This document shows positions 62,170 to 64,000 of a DNA stretch of 64,000 nucleotides, one piece after another. Where the stretch lies: the NCBI GenBank assembly GCA_026770705.1, contig JANJGN010000064.1:1736001-1800000 (forward strand), read 5' to 3'. Origin of the DNA: Isurus oxyrinchus. Taxonomy: Eukaryota. The position numbers and the translations under genes were made by a program. The number at the start of each line of letters is the position of its first letter. Position 1 is the stretch's first letter. The notes under the pieces are model-generated. The model was not told the DNA's origin. It saw nothing but the letters and a program-made list of their open reading frames with translations, and searched no databases.

Positions 62170-62940
62170 TATCATCTCCATTATGAGGACAAAGGTGGGG
62201 GTTAAAAAGCCTCACGACCCCCTGCGAGAAAAAAATGGCCTCATCTCTATTATAAATATGCGACACCTTATTTTTAAACATTGAAACCAAGTTCTAGTTT
62301 CTCACACAAGAGCAAACATCCCCTCCAATTTCATTCTGTAGACTTCCCTCAGGATTATATATATTTCAATCAAGACGCGTCATACTCTTCTAAACTCAAG
62401 CGGATACATTCCCAAATTGTATTTATAAGATAACCTGCCCATTTCAGGTCTTATCTGGGAAAAGTTCTCTGAATTGCGTCCAACACATTTACATCTCCCC
62501 TTAACTAAGGTGACCAAAATTGTACACAATACTCCAGATGTTTTTTTTCAGTTGTGTTCTGCGCAGCTGAAAAATAGCCTATCAACTTTTTTATTCCATC
62601 CCCGTCGTCATAAATAACAACATTCTAGTAGCTTTCTTAAATAATTGCTGTAGCTGCATACTAGCATCTTGTGATTCATGCACTAAGAGCCGCCAATCCT
62701 TTTGCATCTCAGAGCTCTGAAAAATCTCACAATTTCGATAAAATGTCTCCTCTCTACTCTTCCTGCCAAAATGGGGAATTTCAAAGTTTACCACCTTATA
62801 CTCCATTTTCCAGATCTTTGCCTTTTTCCAGAGTTTTTTCCCGATCTCAGATTCACTTGCAAGAACTATGATTTTTTTTTGTAAATTCTTCATGTTCTCT
62901 CTACAAATTACTTACATCCATATCTTTGTGCCAACAGAAA
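62170..62940 (-). mobile_element. CR1 LINE 3' ORF2 fragment
   Basis: AKIWKMEYKVVNFEIPHFGRKS...QSSEMQKDWRLLVHESQDASMQLQQLFKKATRML. Confidence 0.85.
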
Positions 62941-63169
62941 ATTAGCCAGGCTTATATCCATAATGGGGGTATGGCGCACCTCAGATGCATCACCCTGAAG
63001 GCGTAGCCCCATTTAAGAATTTCCCTCGCCTCTCAAACCTGTATCCCTCCCTTAGGTCAGCTTGCTATGTCTGAGAGCTAGGCCATTTGAACTCCCTGCA
63101 CAAAACATCAGTTCGGCTTCCCTTAGCTGCTCCTTTTTCTAGGCTGGTTTTTGTCAATAACCCAGTGGT

Positions 63170-63475
63170 TGGGAGTGGTGGTGGTGTAATGCAAATGTCG
63201 CTGCTCTCTTAATTGAAGGCTAATGCTCTGGTTACACAGATTCAAATCCAGTGAAGCAATTGCTAATTGCCATAAAATCCATCTCGTTCATCAATGTCCT
63301 TTACGGAATGAAATATACCCCGCCCCTTATTTGGTCTGGCCTACATGGGACTCCAGACTCAGAGCAATGTGATTTAATCTTGAATACTTTCTGAAATTAC
63401 ACTAATGGGCAAATTATGAATGTGCATTAAATGCCTGGCCAGTGGCACCCACATGCCATGAAAGCAGAAATAAAT
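63170..63475 (+). mobile_element. SacSINE1/DeuSINE-like SINE
   Basis: tRNA-like head (gtggtgtaatg..ttcaaatcc), Deu core ttcatcaatgtcctttacggaa..tggtctggcctacatgggactccagac..agcaatgtg, LINE-derived tail. Confidence 0.8.
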
Positions 63476-63479
63476 GCTG

Positions 63480-64000
63480 TTCCAGGGCAAGTACAACACC
63501 CTTCAATGTGGAAAATTGCCCAGCTATGTTCTGTACAAAAATAAACAGGAGGAATACAAGCCGGGAATTACTGGTTCATCAAAAATCAATCAAGCGGCAC
63601 AGGCATAGTTAGAAACAGCTCAATGACGCTTAGTTTGGTTTCAGCCAGGGCCACTCGTTTGACCTCATTTCAGTCTTGGTTGAACCATGGACAAAAAATC
63701 TTCAATGCCGACATGAGGTAAGGCTGATGACTCTTGACAGCAAGGCCACATTTGACAGAGTCTGGCATCAAGAAGCACTAGCAAAGCTGGCGTCAATGGG
63801 GGTGGGTTGGCGTGGGGGTGGGATGGGCGGTATAGACGCTGGTGGGTGTCATACCTAGCACAAGTAAAATGGTTTTGGTTGTTGGAGGTCAGTCATCTCA
63901 ACTCCAAGTCATAACTGCAGTTCTTCCTCAGTGAATTGACCTCGGCCCAACCATCTTCAACTTATCAATGAAAAGTCTTCCTTCCGTCACATGGTCGGAA
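63480..64000 (+). mobile_element. CR1-group LINE RT fragment, truncated by window end
   Basis: WKIAQLCSVQK, FGFSQGHS, LDSKATFDRVWHQEALAKLASMG, LGPTIF. Confidence 0.85.

Overview
Non-coding-rich vertebrate genomic DNA. The repeat content (CR1 and L2 LINEs, Penelope pseudo-LTR remnants, SacSINE1/DeuSINE-like SINEs, LTR relics) and the gene families point to a cartilaginous fish (shark); this is an inference from recognised repeat types. No complete protein-coding gene is visible, and most ORFs in the track are spurious or TE-derived. Supported content: (1) a decayed tRNA gene cluster with one intact tRNA-Ile(AAT) at 43365-43438 and about 14 tRNA pseudogenes (Lys-TTT x5, Thr-AGT x4, Asp-GTC x2, Ser x2, Ile x1), mostly in old direct and inverted segmental duplicates of a Thr-Lys-Thr unit; (2) four pieces of GPR139-like two-exon GPCR genes (two open first exons, one full pseudogenised second exon, one 3' fragment); (3) three tandem NLR-type LRR exons (171, 171 and 166 nt), all disabled; (4) a probable spliced Zisupton/HMGXB3-like (KDZ) transposase relic in two oppositely oriented pieces next to an antisense BEN-domain gene relic; (5) Gypsy gag, Harbinger-like and Penelope relics, the last with degenerate minimal hammerhead-ribozyme motifs. 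All family assignments were made by eye against remembered consensus sequences; no searches were run and repeat boundaries are approximate.
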